Assembly (NCBI GenBank): GCA_938023075.1
Contig: CALHDG010000126.1
Location: forward strand, 21,838 to 85,837
Direction of reading: 5' to 3'
Length of the DNA stretch: 64,000 bases
DNA from: an uncultured Chitinophagales bacterium
GTDB lineage: Bacteria > Bacteroidota > Bacteroidia > Chitinophagales > JAHDHT01
Part shown: one piece after another, positions 1 through 10,737 of the stretch
How the letters are laid out: each line of letters begins with the position of its first letter
How positions within the stretch are numbered: the first letter of the stretch is position 1
Position numbers and translations under genes: made by a program
Notes under the pieces: model-generated
What the model was told of the DNA's origin: nothing
The model's database searches: none
What the model saw: only the letters and a program-made list of their open reading frames with translations

Positions 1-1776
1 GATGAGCAAAGCGGTGAAATGGAGGCTTATCTAAAATATGTAAAAAGCCGGACCGATGTAGAGCGTCAGCAACAAAAAGAAGTGACCGGTTGTTTTACGG
101 GTAGCTATGCTATTAATCCGTTTACAGAAACTAAGATACCGATTTACATAGCCGAGTATGTTTTAATTGATTATGGAACGGGAGCCATTATGGCAGTACC
201 CAGCGATGACGATCGAGATAATGCGTTTGCCGATAAGTTTGGAATAGAAATTATTGAGGTGATTGACAAAAGTAATTATCCCGGAGCCGGACGGCATGAT
301 AAATTGGGCATAATGATCAACAGCGGCTTTATGGATGGTATGGAAGTGCCTGATGCCATTAAAGCTGCGAATGATAAAATTGAAGCCATGGGCATTGGTA
401 CAGTTAAGGTAAATTATAAATTACGGGATGCCGGTTACAGTCGCCAACGGTATTGGGGTGAGCCATTTCCTATCATACACAAAAACGGCATTGCGACTCC
501 TTTGCCGGAAACTGACTTGCCTTTGGTTTTGCCTGATGTAGATAATTATAAACCAAGCCCAGAGGGGAAAGCTCCATTGAGCAACAATAAAGAATGGACC
601 AATATTACCGAAAATGAAATACGAGAAACCGATGTGATGCCAGGTTATGCCGGGAGTAGTTGGTATTTTTTACGCTATATGGATCCACATAATGAAGATC
701 GTTTTGTGGGTGAAGAAGCCGAACAATATTGGCAAAATGTAGATCATTATGCCGGTGGAGCAGAGCATGCCGTTGGACATTTAATGTATAGCCGCATGTG
801 GCATTTTTTCTTGTATGATATTGGTTTGGTTTCTACCAAAGAACCATATCGTAAATTGTTTAACCAAGGGATGATACAAGGTGTAACCAGTTGGATTTAT
901 CGGAAATCGCCAACTGAATTTGTGTCAGCCGACCTCGCAAAAGCTGAAAATATTACCGATAAGATCCGCGTACCTTTAAACTTAGTAGAAGGAAATAAAG
1001 TAGATACCGAGCAGTTAAAAAGCTGGCGGGAAGATTTGGCACAGGCAACTTTCACTTCAAACAATGGTGTTTTTCTATGTACGCAAGAATCAGAAAAGAT
1101 GTCTAAATCAAAATATAATGTTGTTAACCCGGATGACGTAATTTCCAAATATGGAGCCGATGTTTTTAGAATGTTTGAAATGTTTTTGGGTCCGGTAGAA
1201 CAATCGAAACCTTGGGATATTAAAGGAATTGACGGCGTACGGAAATTTTATGGCAAATTTTTACGCTTGTTTTTTAAAGACGATCAATGGACTGTTAATG
1301 AAGAGGCTGCCAATGAGGAAGAACTAAAAATCGTACACAAAACCATTAAAAAAGTAGGTGAAGATATTGAGCGATACAGTTTCAACACCGGCGTAAGTGC
1401 GATGATGGTCGCCACCAACGAATTAACCGCCTTAAAGTGCCATAAAAAAGAAGCCTTAGCACCCTTGGTTAAACTTATTGCCCCTTTCGCCCCTTTTGTT
1501 GCCGAAGAATTATGGCAGAAATTGGGCAACACTGCATCAGTACATCAAGCGGAATGGCCCCTCTTCGATGCCAGTTTATTAATTGAAGATACCATTGAAT
1601 ACCCCGTTTCCATTAACGGAAAGATGCGGGTAAAAATCAACTTACCTGCCGATATGCAACAAGCCGATGCTCAAGCAGTGGTTTTAGAAAATGAAGTGGT
1701 CCAAAAATGGTTAGACGGTCAACCCTTGAAAAAATTCATTTTTGTGCCTGGGCGGATTGTTAATATTGTGGTGTAA
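1..1776 (+). CDS. leuS: Leucine--tRNA ligase, C-terminal part (5' end outside the window)
   Basis: The frame is open from base 1. The translation carries the class-I KMSKS loop (SEKMSKSKYN) and a LeuRS-type anticodon-binding C-terminus. Confidence 0.9.
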   Translation, partial: DEQSGEMEAYLKYVKSRTDVERQQQKEVTGCFTGSYAINPFTETKIPIYIAEYVLIDYGTGAIMAVPSDDDRDNAFADKFGIEIIEVIDKSNYPGAGRHDKLGIMINSGFMDGMEVPDAIKAANDKIEAMGIGTVKVNYKLRDAGYSRQRYWGEPFPIIHKNGIATPLPETDLPLVLPDVDNYKPSPEGKAPLSNNKEWTNITENEIRETDVMPGYAGSSWYFLRYMDPHNEDRFVGEEAEQYWQNVDHYAGGAEHAVGHLMYSRMWHFFLYDIGLVSTKEPYRKLFNQGMIQGVTSWIYRKSPTEFVSADLAKAENITDKIRVPLNLVEGNKVDTEQLKSWREDLAQATFTSNNGVFLCTQESEKMSKSKYNVVNPDDVISKYGADVFRMFEMFLGPVEQSKPWDIKGIDGVRKFYGKFLRLFFKDDQWTVNEEAANEEELKIVHKTIKKVGEDIERYSFNTGVSAMMVATNELTALKCHKKEALAPLVKLIAPFAPFVAEELWQKLGNTASVHQAEWPLFDASLLIEDTIEYPVSINGKMRVKINLPADMQQADAQAVVLENEVVQKWLDGQPLKKFIFVPGRIVNIVV

Positions 1777-1934
1777 ATGTTTTCAGTTAATTAGCTCAAG
1801 TTTTGCATATTGCTTTTAAGCCCCAATAGAGTTTAATAAATGAAAATGGAAGGGAGTACTATAACCCAGCAACTAAACTGAGCGATTGTACTAAAATGGA
1901 AAAATCCATCAAAGATATTTTTTGAGTAAAGCTT

Positions 1935-3031
1935 TCAACTCCGCTTTATTGGGTAAGTAGAGTTGATATTCTTTCGGATAATTTGTTGGTTATCGATAGG
2001 CAAACTGTATTCTACTACAAAGTCATTTTTCTCTTTGCACAAAATGATGCCTATGGTTGGATTTTCAAAATTGGTTTTTATTTCTCTGTCGAAATAGTTG
2101 ACATACATTTGCATTTGCCCGATATCCTGATGTCTCAGTTTTCCGATTTTTAAATCGAACAAAACGTGCGCTCTTAGTAAGCGATTGTAAAACACTAAAT
2201 CAATTCTATAATGGTCTGCATCAGATGAAATGCGGTATTGACGTGCAACAAATGAGAAGCCTTTGCCTAACTCTAACAAAAACAATTCTAAATTGTTGAT
2301 AATGGTTGTCTCCAAATCACTTTCTGAATAAGCGGCAGATTCTTTTAAATCTAAGAACTCTAAAATGTACGGGTCTTTTAAAAATTCGGTAATGTTTTCG
2401 GTGGTTGCTTTATTTTTTTTGGGTAATTTTTTGCTGCTTAAAAGCTGTCTTTCATATAAAGCACTATTAATTTGTCGGTCTAATTCTCTTACAGACCAGT
2501 TATTTTCTACAGCTTCTTTAGATAGTAAACCCGTTCTTCTTCTGATTTAATACTCAATAATCGAACAAAATGCGACCAAGATAATTGTTGAAATAAATCA
2601 GGGTTTAATGATGTTTCGGATTTGGCAGACGGTGTCTGCCAAATCTTCTCTTTGAATTCTGCAGACGGTGTCTGCAGAATCTCGTCTTTCAATTGTGCAA
2701 ACGGTGACTGCACAATTGGATTTTTAGATTCTGCAATCACTGATTGCAGAATTGGAAAAGTAAGGTAAAATTGTCTAAATAAGTTGATATTTCTGTAAGA
2801 AAAACCTCTACCAAATTTTTTTGTTAAATCTCTGGCAAGGTTTTCAAGTAATTCTTTACCGTATTTGGCTCTTTTCTCACCGGTCTGCTCAAATTCAACA
2901 ATGTATCTGCCAATTTGCCAATAGGTTAAGGTAATGGTTTGATTGACTGAACGGGCAACCTGTTGTTTACTTTGTTGTACTAAAGTAACAATCTGTTCAA
3001 CTAAACCATTGTATTGTTCGACTTTACCCAT
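1935..3031 (-). pseudogene. YhcG/DUF1016 PDDEXK-type nuclease, disrupted by a single frameshift
   Basis: ORF 2507-3031 (start MGKVEQYN) is the DUF1016 N-terminal helical part. ORF 1935-2315 is the PD-(D/E)XK core (ELGKGFSFVARQ...IDLVFYN...FDLKIGKL...GQMQMY). My translation of 2316-2513 in the third frame gives KEAVENNWSVRELDRQINSALYERQ, which bridges both halves. One nt appears to be missing in the short A-run near 2517-2519. Confidence 0.75.
2620..2752. repeat. Four in-frame 36-bp (12-aa) tandem units, each containing a 25-bp palindrome, inside the YhcG-like gene
   Basis: Palindromes lie at 2620-2644, 2656-2680, 2692-2716 and 2728-2752. Examples are atttggcagac-ggt-gtctgccaaat and attctgcagac-ggt-gtctgcagaat. 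The spacing is exactly 36 bp. The encoded units are ILQSVIAESKNP, IVQSPFAQLKDE, ILQTPSAEFKEK and IWQTPSAKSETS. Confidence 0.85.
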
Positions 3032-3184
3032 CTTTAAATTATTGTTTTTTAAGTGGTTGACCAGAAAAACTATAAGGTCTAAAATATAAAAAAACAATGA
3101 GAATAATGTAAGCGGAAAATAAAAAACATTGCCAGTCAAATTTAGCCTCAATACTTACACCCATATTATACCCCTAAAACAACA

Positions 3185-3216
3185 AAAGCCTCGTAATCAA
3201 AAGATTACAAGGCTTT
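3185..3216 (-). terminator. Rho-independent terminator downstream of tRNA-Arg
   Basis: Hairpin aaagcctcgtaatc/gattacaaggcttt, followed on the minus strand by a T-rich run (ttgttgtttt). Confidence 0.5.
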
Positions 3217-3220
3217 AAAG

Positions 3221-3294
3221 TGACCCAGTCAGGACTCGAACCTGAAACCTGCTGCTTAGAAGGCAGCTGCTCTATCCAGTTGAGCTACTAGGCC
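3221..3294 (-). tRNA. tRNA-Arg (anticodon UCU)
   Basis: The 74-nt reverse complement GGCCTAGTAGCTCAACTGGATAGAGCAGCTGCCTTCTAAGCAGCAGGTTTCAGGTTCGAGTCCTGACTGGGTCA folds by hand into a cloverleaf. It has a 7-bp acceptor stem, D arm GCTC/GAGC, anticodon stem GCTGC/GCAGC with loop CTTCTAA, and a T arm with a TTCGAGT loop. Confidence 0.85.
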
Positions 3295-3428
3295 ATTATG
3301 AAAGCAGTGCAAAGATACAACAATTTCAAATCAAAAAAATTCCTTTTGCTACAATTTTCTTAATAATTTGTTTAAAAAAGGAACAATTAAACTTAGGCAA
3401 ATCAACAAACAGTTCCGAAATTGCCAAA

Positions 3429-4136
3429 ATGCAAGCCAATTTAAATTTTGAGGAGCCCAAAACTAGCTTACATGTTAAATTAGAAGCCTCATGGAAAGCG
3501 GTGCTCTTAGATGAATTCAGCAAACCCTATTTTGCTGGCATTAAACAAGCGTTGGTTGAACAAAAACAGCAAGGGATTCAAGTTTATCCTCCAGTACCAT
3601 TCATTTTTAATGCTTTTGAATTGACTCCTTTTCAACAGGTAAAAGTGGTCATATTGGGGCAAGATCCTTATCATGGCAAAGGGCAAGCGCACGGTTTAAG
3701 TTTTTCGGTACCCGAGAGTGTTAAACCGCCGCCATCTTTACTTAATATTTATAAAGAAATTAAAAATAATTACCCCACTTATACTATACCGGCTTCGGGC
3801 AATTTAACCAATTGGGCAGAACAAGGTGTTTTTTTACTAAATGCTATGTTAACCGTTCAGGCAGCTAAACCGGCTTCTCACCAAAAATTGGGTTGGCAAA
3901 ATTTTACCGATGCCGTAATTCAAAAACTTTCTGAACAAAGAGAGGGTTTAATTTTTTTGTTGTGGGGTAAATTTGCACAAAACAAAGCAGCCTTAATTGA
4001 TCAAACAAAACACCATATTCTTACTGCTCCGCATCCTTCCCCGTTTTCTGCACATAATGGTTTTTTTGGTTGTGAGCATTTTATTAAGACTAACAAACTG
4101 TTAGAGCAGCAAAATACACAACCAATTAATTGGTGA
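3429..4136 (+). CDS. ung: Uracil-DNA glycosylase (family 1)
   Basis: Contains the GQDPYHGKGQAHGLSFSV water-activating motif and the C-terminal HPSPFSA motif. Length is 235 aa. Confidence 0.9.
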   Translation: MQANLNFEEPKTSLHVKLEASWKAVLLDEFSKPYFAGIKQALVEQKQQGIQVYPPVPFIFNAFELTPFQQVKVVILGQDPYHGKGQAHGLSFSVPESVKPPPSLLNIYKEIKNNYPTYTIPASGNLTNWAEQGVFLLNAMLTVQAAKPASHQKLGWQNFTDAVIQKLSEQREGLIFLLWGKFAQNKAALIDQTKHHILTAPHPSPFSAHNGFFGCEHFIKTNKLLEQQNTQPINW

Positions 4137-4164
4137 TTAAAATGATGAATTAAAATTACTGGAT

Positions 4165-6459
4165 TTAATTATCAATAACACTTCCATCAATTTTTACACC
4201 CATAGTTTTATTTTTATTATAGGTTATATGCAAATATTTATTGCCGTTAGTGCCTTCTTTTGCAGATAAAGATTGTATATTTTTGATGTTCAATTGAATA
4301 GGATGATTGGTTCGCAGGGTTCCATTTCTACTAAACATATACACCAAACCTTCTTTATTCACAACACATAAATAATCTTTTTTATCACTAATAAAATGTA
4401 AGAGCGGTTGTTCTACTTCACCAACCGATTCATTAAACTTCCACCCTTTTAAGGTAGTGCCATCTTTATTAAAGCCCATCAGTTTTCCTTTCTCTCCAAT
4501 AACAAAATACCTGATCTTATTTAAATCTTTATAATGAACTAAACTCAACGGATTGGATGCATGTTGGTCAAGTTTAACCGGAAAAGTATTTACATCTCTT
4601 CCCTTTCTATCAATTAAATAAATGGAATATGAAGTATTTAATAATATTTGTAATTTATTGTTTTGATAATAATCAATTGCACGAATGCCTCCTAATATAG
4701 GTCCATCTAATTTCTTTTTCCATAAGATGCTATCTTGCGGATCAATTAAATACAAGGTATGGTTGCCATCTTGAACTAGTGATTCATTTACACCCGTATA
4801 ATGATTTAAAAATTGATGAGGCCCATTCATTATTTTTTCGCCAACTAAATTTTGCCATTTGCTTTTTTTCGGTTTTTTATCAAAAAATTTCTTTATAACC
4901 GGTTGTTCAAAATCAAAGTCAATTTTTTGAGCTAGTCCTTTTCCTTTATAAGCTACTGTAGTGTGTAAGTACAAATCTTTTTTTGCCGGATACAACTGCA
5001 CAATTATAGGATGAAAATTTTGTACCTCAGTTTGCTGACTACTGTTAAAATTAGAAAATTGTTGATCTATCCAAGTATCCAAACGATCATTTTTCAGATA
5101 AATAATAGATACCGCATTTGAAATAAGGTTTGATTCAAAGTCGATAAAATGTTGGCTTTGATGAAGGGTTTTTCCAGTTTTTAATTCTGCAATATTGTTT
5201 TCTATAATCTTTTTTGAGTTGGCAATCATTAAATAACCGGCGTGAAAAGTATACCATAAAGAAGCTGCTTTAAGCTGATTAAATTCGGTTTGGCTTGCTA
5301 CAAAATTGATTAAGGCATTTTGTTTTAAAGATTTTATTTTATTGGAGCTTGCTTTGCTAAAACTATCATCAAGGCTATTGCCTACCTTTTCTAAATCAGT
5401 TATCGAAAATAAAAAACTGAGTTCAGTTGCACTAGAGTTATGCCAATTGATCAAGCATTCGTTACCTAAGCCTTCACTTATATTTAACAACCAATTTGCT
5501 TGCTCTACATCAGTTTGTTCTAAGTAGCTTTCTAAAAAAGCATAAAAATTATTAACTCCATACCAACGGAAACCGGTGATCGATTCTGGAATGAAAGCCC
5601 TTAGATCAAATTTACTGCTGCCGGCATTTGCATGTAAAGCCTTCAAAAATAAATTTTGATGTTTAAAAGCACCATTGATGACCAACTTGCCGGATGTAGC
5701 AAACACATCTCCATTAAATAAATTGGTATTTTCTCCTATCCATTTATTAAGGGCAGTAGTTTTATCATTTTGCAATGTTTGTTGAGACTTTGCATATTGT
5801 TCAAAATTAAGGTACAAACTAAACTGAGGTGTTTTGCTACTTAGTTTATGCGGTTTAATTACAATACTTTCTTCATTAACGATATCTGCTTTGAGGGTAC
5901 TGATGCTTTTTTCAATTAACGCAACCGATTTGCTAAACAATATCAGGTCTTCACATTCGGCAAAAACAATATTAGTAAAATTGTTCACATTAGTTTGAGC
6001 TTTATAAATTGTAACCCCTTTAAAGGTTTTCGGTTGTATTTTATCTTTTTCGTTAACAAAAGCTTTTCTAAAAAATTTGAATGGTTTATTACCATATTTT
6101 TCAGCCGGTAAAATATGAAGCAGCTCCACTTTTTTTTGTTGGTTCAAGTGTAATGAACTTATTATTTTTTCAGTATCGCTAAACATAGGCTCATCTTCTG
6201 AAAGCTGATTTAACAAATTGGTCGCATCACATAGTGCCTCCAACCATTCCCATTTTTGCAAGGCGTTAAAGTAGATGGACTTTTCTAAACTACCTATTAC
6301 GTTTGATAAATTTGGTATTTGCAATACCGCAATAGCATCTTTTGGAACCGCTTTGCTTGCAACCGTAGTTTTATTGGGCAACTGTAAAAAGCCTGCCCAT
6401 ATTAAAAAAGTAAATAGTGCAATTAGAATAATTGCGCCCCAAAGTATCGATTTGTTCAT
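4165..6459 (-). CDS. Hypothetical membrane-anchored protein with C-terminal beta-propeller-like repeats
   Basis: Long ORF. I prefer the internal start MNKSILWGAIILIALFTFLIW (ATG at 6457-6459), which gives an N-terminal signal-anchor. The C-terminal third shows repeated strand-like segments. I recognise no family. Confidence 0.6.
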   Translation of the reverse strand: MNKSILWGAIILIALFTFLIWAGFLQLPNKTTVASKAVPKDAIAVLQIPNLSNVIGSLEKSIYFNALQKWEWLEALCDATNLLNQLSEDEPMFSDTEKIISSLHLNQQKKVELLHILPAEKYGNKPFKFFRKAFVNEKDKIQPKTFKGVTIYKAQTNVNNFTNIVFAECEDLILFSKSVALIEKSISTLKADIVNEESIVIKPHKLSSKTPQFSLYLNFEQYAKSQQTLQNDKTTALNKWIGENTNLFNGDVFATSGKLVINGAFKHQNLFLKALHANAGSSKFDLRAFIPESITGFRWYGVNNFYAFLESYLEQTDVEQANWLLNISEGLGNECLINWHNSSATELSFLFSITDLEKVGNSLDDSFSKASSNKIKSLKQNALINFVASQTEFNQLKAASLWYTFHAGYLMIANSKKIIENNIAELKTGKTLHQSQHFIDFESNLISNAVSIIYLKNDRLDTWIDQQFSNFNSSQQTEVQNFHPIIVQLYPAKKDLYLHTTVAYKGKGLAQKIDFDFEQPVIKKFFDKKPKKSKWQNLVGEKIMNGPHQFLNHYTGVNESLVQDGNHTLYLIDPQDSILWKKKLDGPILGGIRAIDYYQNNKLQILLNTSYSIYLIDRKGRDVNTFPVKLDQHASNPLSLVHYKDLNKIRYFVIGEKGKLMGFNKDGTTLKGWKFNESVGEVEQPLLHFISDKKDYLCVVNKEGLVYMFSRNGTLRTNHPIQLNIKNIQSLSAKEGTNGNKYLHITYNKNKTMGVKIDGSVIDN

Positions 6460-6725
6460 TAATGTTAACGTAAAAGTAGTTGGTAAGAAACCAAGTACAA
6501 AGGTAAACACATTCTTGGTATCTGCGAACAAAATTTGGGCTTTAATAGCAAAACCATTAAGTAGAAGCGAATGAATATTATTATGCAATTGCCATAACTT
6601 GACTACAATTTATTATCTGAGTTTGTTTTAAAAATAATAAATTTGTTTTTTTATAAGAAAACTGTTTCGCTTTTTGTAAAAATTCTTTATTTTAAGAAAC
6701 ACATTTGTAGGTTAAAGCAACAAAA

Positions 6726-9700
6726 ATGGAACAATTAAAACCATACGTACCCAAACATAAAATTAGAATGGTAACCGCAGCGTCGTTGTTTGATGGGCAC
6801 GATGCCGCTATTAATATTATGCGGCGCATAATTCAAGGTTCGGGTGCAGAGGTGATTCATTTGGGACATAATCGTTCGGTTAAAGAAATTGTGGATACGG
6901 CTATTCAAGAGGATGTGCAGGGCATAGCGATTACAAGTTATCAAGGCGGGCATAACGAGTTTTTTAAATATATGTTTGATATGTTGAAAGAGCGCGGTGC
7001 GGGTCATATCAAAATTTTTGGTGGCGGCGGCGGCACCATCTTACCAAAAGAAATTGAGGACTTACACAACTATGGTATTGCCCGCTTGTATTCGCCGGAT
7101 GATGGTAGAAAAATGGGCTTGCAAGGCATGATCAATGATCTGTTAGAACAAAGTGATTTTCCGGTTGGGCAGCATTTAAATGGAGAGTTTAAGCTTTTAA
7201 GTGCGGATAACCATGTTGCTATTGCCAGAATGATCTCTGCCGCTGAAAATTTTCCCGAGGATAGTATAGATATTTTGGATTTAGTAAGAGCAAAAGCCCA
7301 AAAAAGTAATACGCCTGTTTTAGGAATTACCGGTACTGGTGGGGCAGGAAAATCTTCGACTGTAGATGAATTTGTACGACGCTTTTTGTTAGATTTTGAT
7401 GAGCAGCAAATTGGAATTATTTCGGTTGATCCATCAAAGCGAAAAACCGGTGGGGCTTTATTAGGTGATCGAATTAGAATGAATGCGATTAACAATAAAC
7501 GGGTGTATATGCGCTCGTTGGCAACACGAAGTGCTAATATGTCGCTATCGAAATATATACAAGATGCTACGGCAATTTTAAAGGCGGCTAATTTCGATTT
7601 AATTATTTTAGAAACGTCGGGTATTGGTCAGTCTGATACTGCTATTGTTGATTTTTGTGATTTGGCGATGTATGTGATGACACCTGAATATGGTGCAGCT
7701 AGTCAGTTAGAAAAAATTGATATGCTTGATTTTGCCGATGTAATTGCACTAAACAAATTTGATAAGCGAGGGGCTTTAGATGCTTTGCGCGACATTAAAA
7801 AACAATACAAGCGCAACCATCAATTATGGGAAGCGAAGGAAGAAGAACTGCCGGTTTTTGGAACTATCGCGAGCCAATTTAATGATCCTGGTATGAACCA
7901 ATTATATATGGGCATCATCAAGGCGATTAATGAAAAAACTGAGGCTGCATTTGACAGTCGATTTAGTAGTTCTAATGAAATTTCTGAAAAGATATACATT
8001 ATTCCACCGAAGCGGGTTCGCTATTTATCAGAAATTTCTGAAAATAACAGAAGTTATGATACTTGGGTAAAAGAGCAAGCAGATATCGCCACACAATTGT
8101 ATCAATTAGATGGTTTAGAAAAGATGGATGATCTATCATTGTCTGATGTCGTCAATCATAAAAAATCGGTTTTAGAACAAAAGCTATCTTACGAAAATAA
8201 AACTTTGTTAACAAATTGGGAAGCTAAAAAACAAGCCTATGGTGAAGATGAGTTTGTCTACAAAGTACGCGATAAAGATATTAAAGTAGTTACTAAAACC
8301 GTTTCTCTGTCGCATTCGAAAATTCCAAAAATTAGTTTGCCTCGTTATAAAGATTGGGGGGATATTTTAACTTGGGTATTGCAAGAAAATGTACCCGGAG
8401 AATTTCCTTTTACCGCCGGTGTATTTCCGTTTAAAAGAAAAGGGGAAGACCCAACCCGTATGTTTGCCGGCGAAGGTGGACCGGAACGTACCAATAAACG
8501 CTTTCATTATTTAAGTGCCGGCATGCCTGCCAAACGGCTTTCTACTGCTTTCGATTCGGTTACGCTGTATGGTGAAGATCCCGATCATCGTCCTGATATT
8601 TACGGTAAGGTTGGCAATTCAGGGGTTTCTATTTGTTGTTTGGATGACGCGAAAAAATTGTACTCCGGTTTTAATTTGGCAGAAAAAACAACTTCTGTTT
8701 CTATGACGATTAATGGACCGGCTTCTATCTTAACCGGTTTTTATATGAATGCGGCTATTGATCAACAATGCGAAATTTATATTAAAGCAAATGGGTTAGA
8801 AGCCGCAGTTAAAGACAAAATCAATGCGCTTTTTACAAAGCATCCGCAACCCAAATATTATGGCGACTTACCAGAAGGTAATGATGGCTTGGGCTTAATG
8901 CTTTTAGGCTTAACCGGTGATAAAGTATTACCAAAAGATGTTTACGAAAAGATAAAAACCGATACCTTAAATAAAGTTCGAGGCACGGTTCAGGCAGATA
9001 TTTTAAAGGAAGATCAGGCACAAAATACGTGTATTTTCTCAACCGAGTTTTCTTTGAAGTTGATGGGTGATATGCAAGCCTATTTTATTGACCATAAGGT
9101 ACGTAATTTTTACTCGGTTTCTATTAGCGGCTATCATATTGCTGAAGCAGGAGCTAACCCCATTACTCAATTGGCTTTTACTTTGGCTAACGGTTTTACC
9201 TATGTGGAATATTATTTAAGCAGAGGTATGCGTATTGATGATTTTGCACCAAACCTGTCGTTCTTTTTTAGCAATGGTGTTGACCCGGAATATGCGGTAA
9301 TTGGAAGAGTTGCCCGGCGAATTTGGGCAAAGGCGATGAAGCTAAAATATAAAGCAAATGCCCGATCGCAAAAATTAAAATATCATATACAAACCAGTGG
9401 ACGGTCTTTACACGCTCAGGAAATTGATTTTAATGATATACGAACTACTTTGCAAGCATTGTATGCCATTTACGATAATTGCAACTCATTACATACCAAT
9501 GCTTACGACGAAGCCATTACTACCCCAACGGAAGAATCGGTGCGGCGGGCAGTTGCTATACAAATGATTATTAATCATGAGTTGGGTTTAGCCAAAAATG
9601 AAAATCCTTTACAAGGTGCTTTTATTATTGATGACTTAACGGATTTGGTAGAAGAAGCTGTGCTCATGGAGTTTGATCGAATTACCGAACGTGGCGGTGT

Positions 9701-10079
9701 TTTAGGGGCAATGGAAACCATGTATCAACGTGGTAAAATTCAGGAAGAAAGTATGCATTATGAAATGTTGAAACACAATGGCGACTATCCTATTATTGGG
9801 GTGAATACTTTTTTATCGTCCAAAGGTTCGCCGACTATTATTCCAGAAGAAGTGATTCGGGCGGATACCCAAGAAAAAGAAGATCAGATTATAACCCTGC
9901 AAGCCTTACAGCATCGCAATGAAGCTATTTCTACAGATCACCTAAAAGCCTTACAGCAAACTGCGGTTCAAAACCAAAACATATTTGAGCATTTGATGGA
10001 GGTTACCAAATATTGTTCGTTGGGGCAAATTACGAATGCTTTGTATAACGTTGGGGGGCAATATAGACGGAGTATGTAG
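6726..10079 (+). CDS. icmF: Fused isobutyryl-CoA mutase-type protein (B12-binding domain, MeaB-like GTPase, mutase barrel)
   Basis: 1117 aa. It has an N-terminal B12-binding-like region ([10 protein letters not shown]), a central P-loop [12 protein letters not shown] with MeaB-like NKFD, and a C-terminal methylmalonyl-CoA-mutase-type substrate domain. Confidence 0.85.
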   Translation: MEQLKPYVPKHKIRMVTAASLFDGHDAAINIMRRIIQGSGAEVIHLGHNRSVKEIVDTAIQEDVQGIAITSYQGGHNEFFKYMFDMLKERGAGHIKIFGGGGGTILPKEIEDLHNYGIARLYSPDDGRKMGLQGMINDLLEQSDFPVGQHLNGEFKLLSADNHVAIARMISAAENFPEDSIDILDLVRAKAQKSNTPVLGITGTGGAGKSSTVDEFVRRFLLDFDEQQIGIISVDPSKRKTGGALLGDRIRMNAINNKRVYMRSLATRSANMSLSKYIQDATAILKAANFDLIILETSGIGQSDTAIVDFCDLAMYVMTPEYGAASQLEKIDMLDFADVIALNKFDKRGALDALRDIKKQYKRNHQLWEAKEEELPVFGTIASQFNDPGMNQLYMGIIKAINEKTEAAFDSRFSSSNEISEKIYIIPPKRVRYLSEISENNRSYDTWVKEQADIATQLYQLDGLEKMDDLSLSDVVNHKKSVLEQKLSYENKTLLTNWEAKKQAYGEDEFVYKVRDKDIKVVTKTVSLSHSKIPKISLPRYKDWGDILTWVLQENVPGEFPFTAGVFPFKRKGEDPTRMFAGEGGPERTNKRFHYLSAGMPAKRLSTAFDSVTLYGEDPDHRPDIYGKVGNSGVSICCLDDAKKLYSGFNLAEKTTSVSMTINGPASILTGFYMNAAIDQQCEIYIKANGLEAAVKDKINALFTKHPQPKYYGDLPEGNDGLGLMLLGLTGDKVLPKDVYEKIKTDTLNKVRGTVQADILKEDQAQNTCIFSTEFSLKLMGDMQAYFIDHKVRNFYSVSISGYHIAEAGANPITQLAFTLANGFTYVEYYLSRGMRIDDFAPNLSFFFSNGVDPEYAVIGRVARRIWAKAMKLKYKANARSQKLKYHIQTSGRSLHAQEIDFNDIRTTLQALYAIYDNCNSLHTNAYDEAITTPTEESVRRAVAIQMIINHELGLAKNENPLQGAFIIDDLTDLVEEAVLMEFDRITERGGVLGAMETMYQRGKIQEESMHYEMLKHNGDYPIIGVNTFLSSKGSPTIIPEEVIRADTQEKEDQIITLQALQHRNEAISTDHLKALQQTAVQNQNIFEHLMEVTKYCSLGQITNALYNVGGQYRRSM

Positions 10080-10227
10080 TGTAAGTATGTATATTTTAAT
10101 TATGAGTTATGAAGTTATTTTTGTTTTGTAAATCTTTAATAATTAGCTAATGGGATAAGTACTAAGTTTAACTCGTTACTATTCCACGTAATCCTATTGT
10201 ACAAAGATAATCCCATAGGGATGACAG

Positions 10228-10343
10228 CTTGGTAGCATAAAAGGCTACACATTAGTTAAGCTCCAGAGGAGCGATACCGCCAAAAGTTAATCAAAGTGTC
10301 GCTCCTCTAGAGCTCAATTAAATTGAATTACATAGCTACCAAG
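10228..10343. repeat. Nested inverted repeat (structured element) in the icmF-downstream spacer
   Basis: The outer arms are cttggtagc (10228-10236) and gctaccaag (10335-10343). The inner arms are gctccagaggagcga (10260-10274) and tcgctcctctagagc (10299-10313), with one mismatch. Confidence 0.55.
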
Positions 10344-10737
10344 ATGTAGCACTTCCAGTGCTTTTATTACATAAATAAAAATACATTTTAATGAATATAA
10401 AAATATGCTGGTTTATTTAGTTCTTAAAGCACTATTAATTATATATTTGCAATGTATATTAAAAGTGATGGTGTTGGAAGTTTAGCCCCGATAGCAGTGG
10501 TTATGCTGCTTGAAGCGTTTGCCCTTGTGTAGTGGCGCAGCATTTGAACGGATAGCGGGGAGCGCGTTTCTAAATTGTTTCAGCGTTTCGCTTCAAAAAA
10601 AAGATAGTTATTTAAACACCTTATTAATGTAATGAATTTATTAGTTTGAAGTTTTATATTTTATAATATTTCCATATTTGATAAGTTTATTTTACATTGA
10701 ATGATCAATAATTTTTATCCTCTAAAATTAAAATACC

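Noticed and set aside
2365-2550. A 61-aa plus-strand ORF between the two YhcG fragments
   Set aside because: The opposite strand translates into the missing middle section of the DUF1016 protein, so this ORF is an antisense artefact.
2620-2752. A possible mini-CRISPR array, seen as palindromic 25-bp repeats at regular spacing
   Set aside because: The spacers would be only 11 bp and there are only four units. The period is exactly 12 codons inside an ORF that otherwise reads as a DUF1016 protein, and no cas genes are present. It is an in-frame coding repeat.
6589-6725. A possible cobalamin riboswitch near the B12-dependent icmF (also examined at 10080-10737)
   Set aside because: I could not find a B12-box-like core or the expected multi-stem GC-rich architecture. 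The upstream region is short and AT-rich. An Infernal scan would be needed to be certain.
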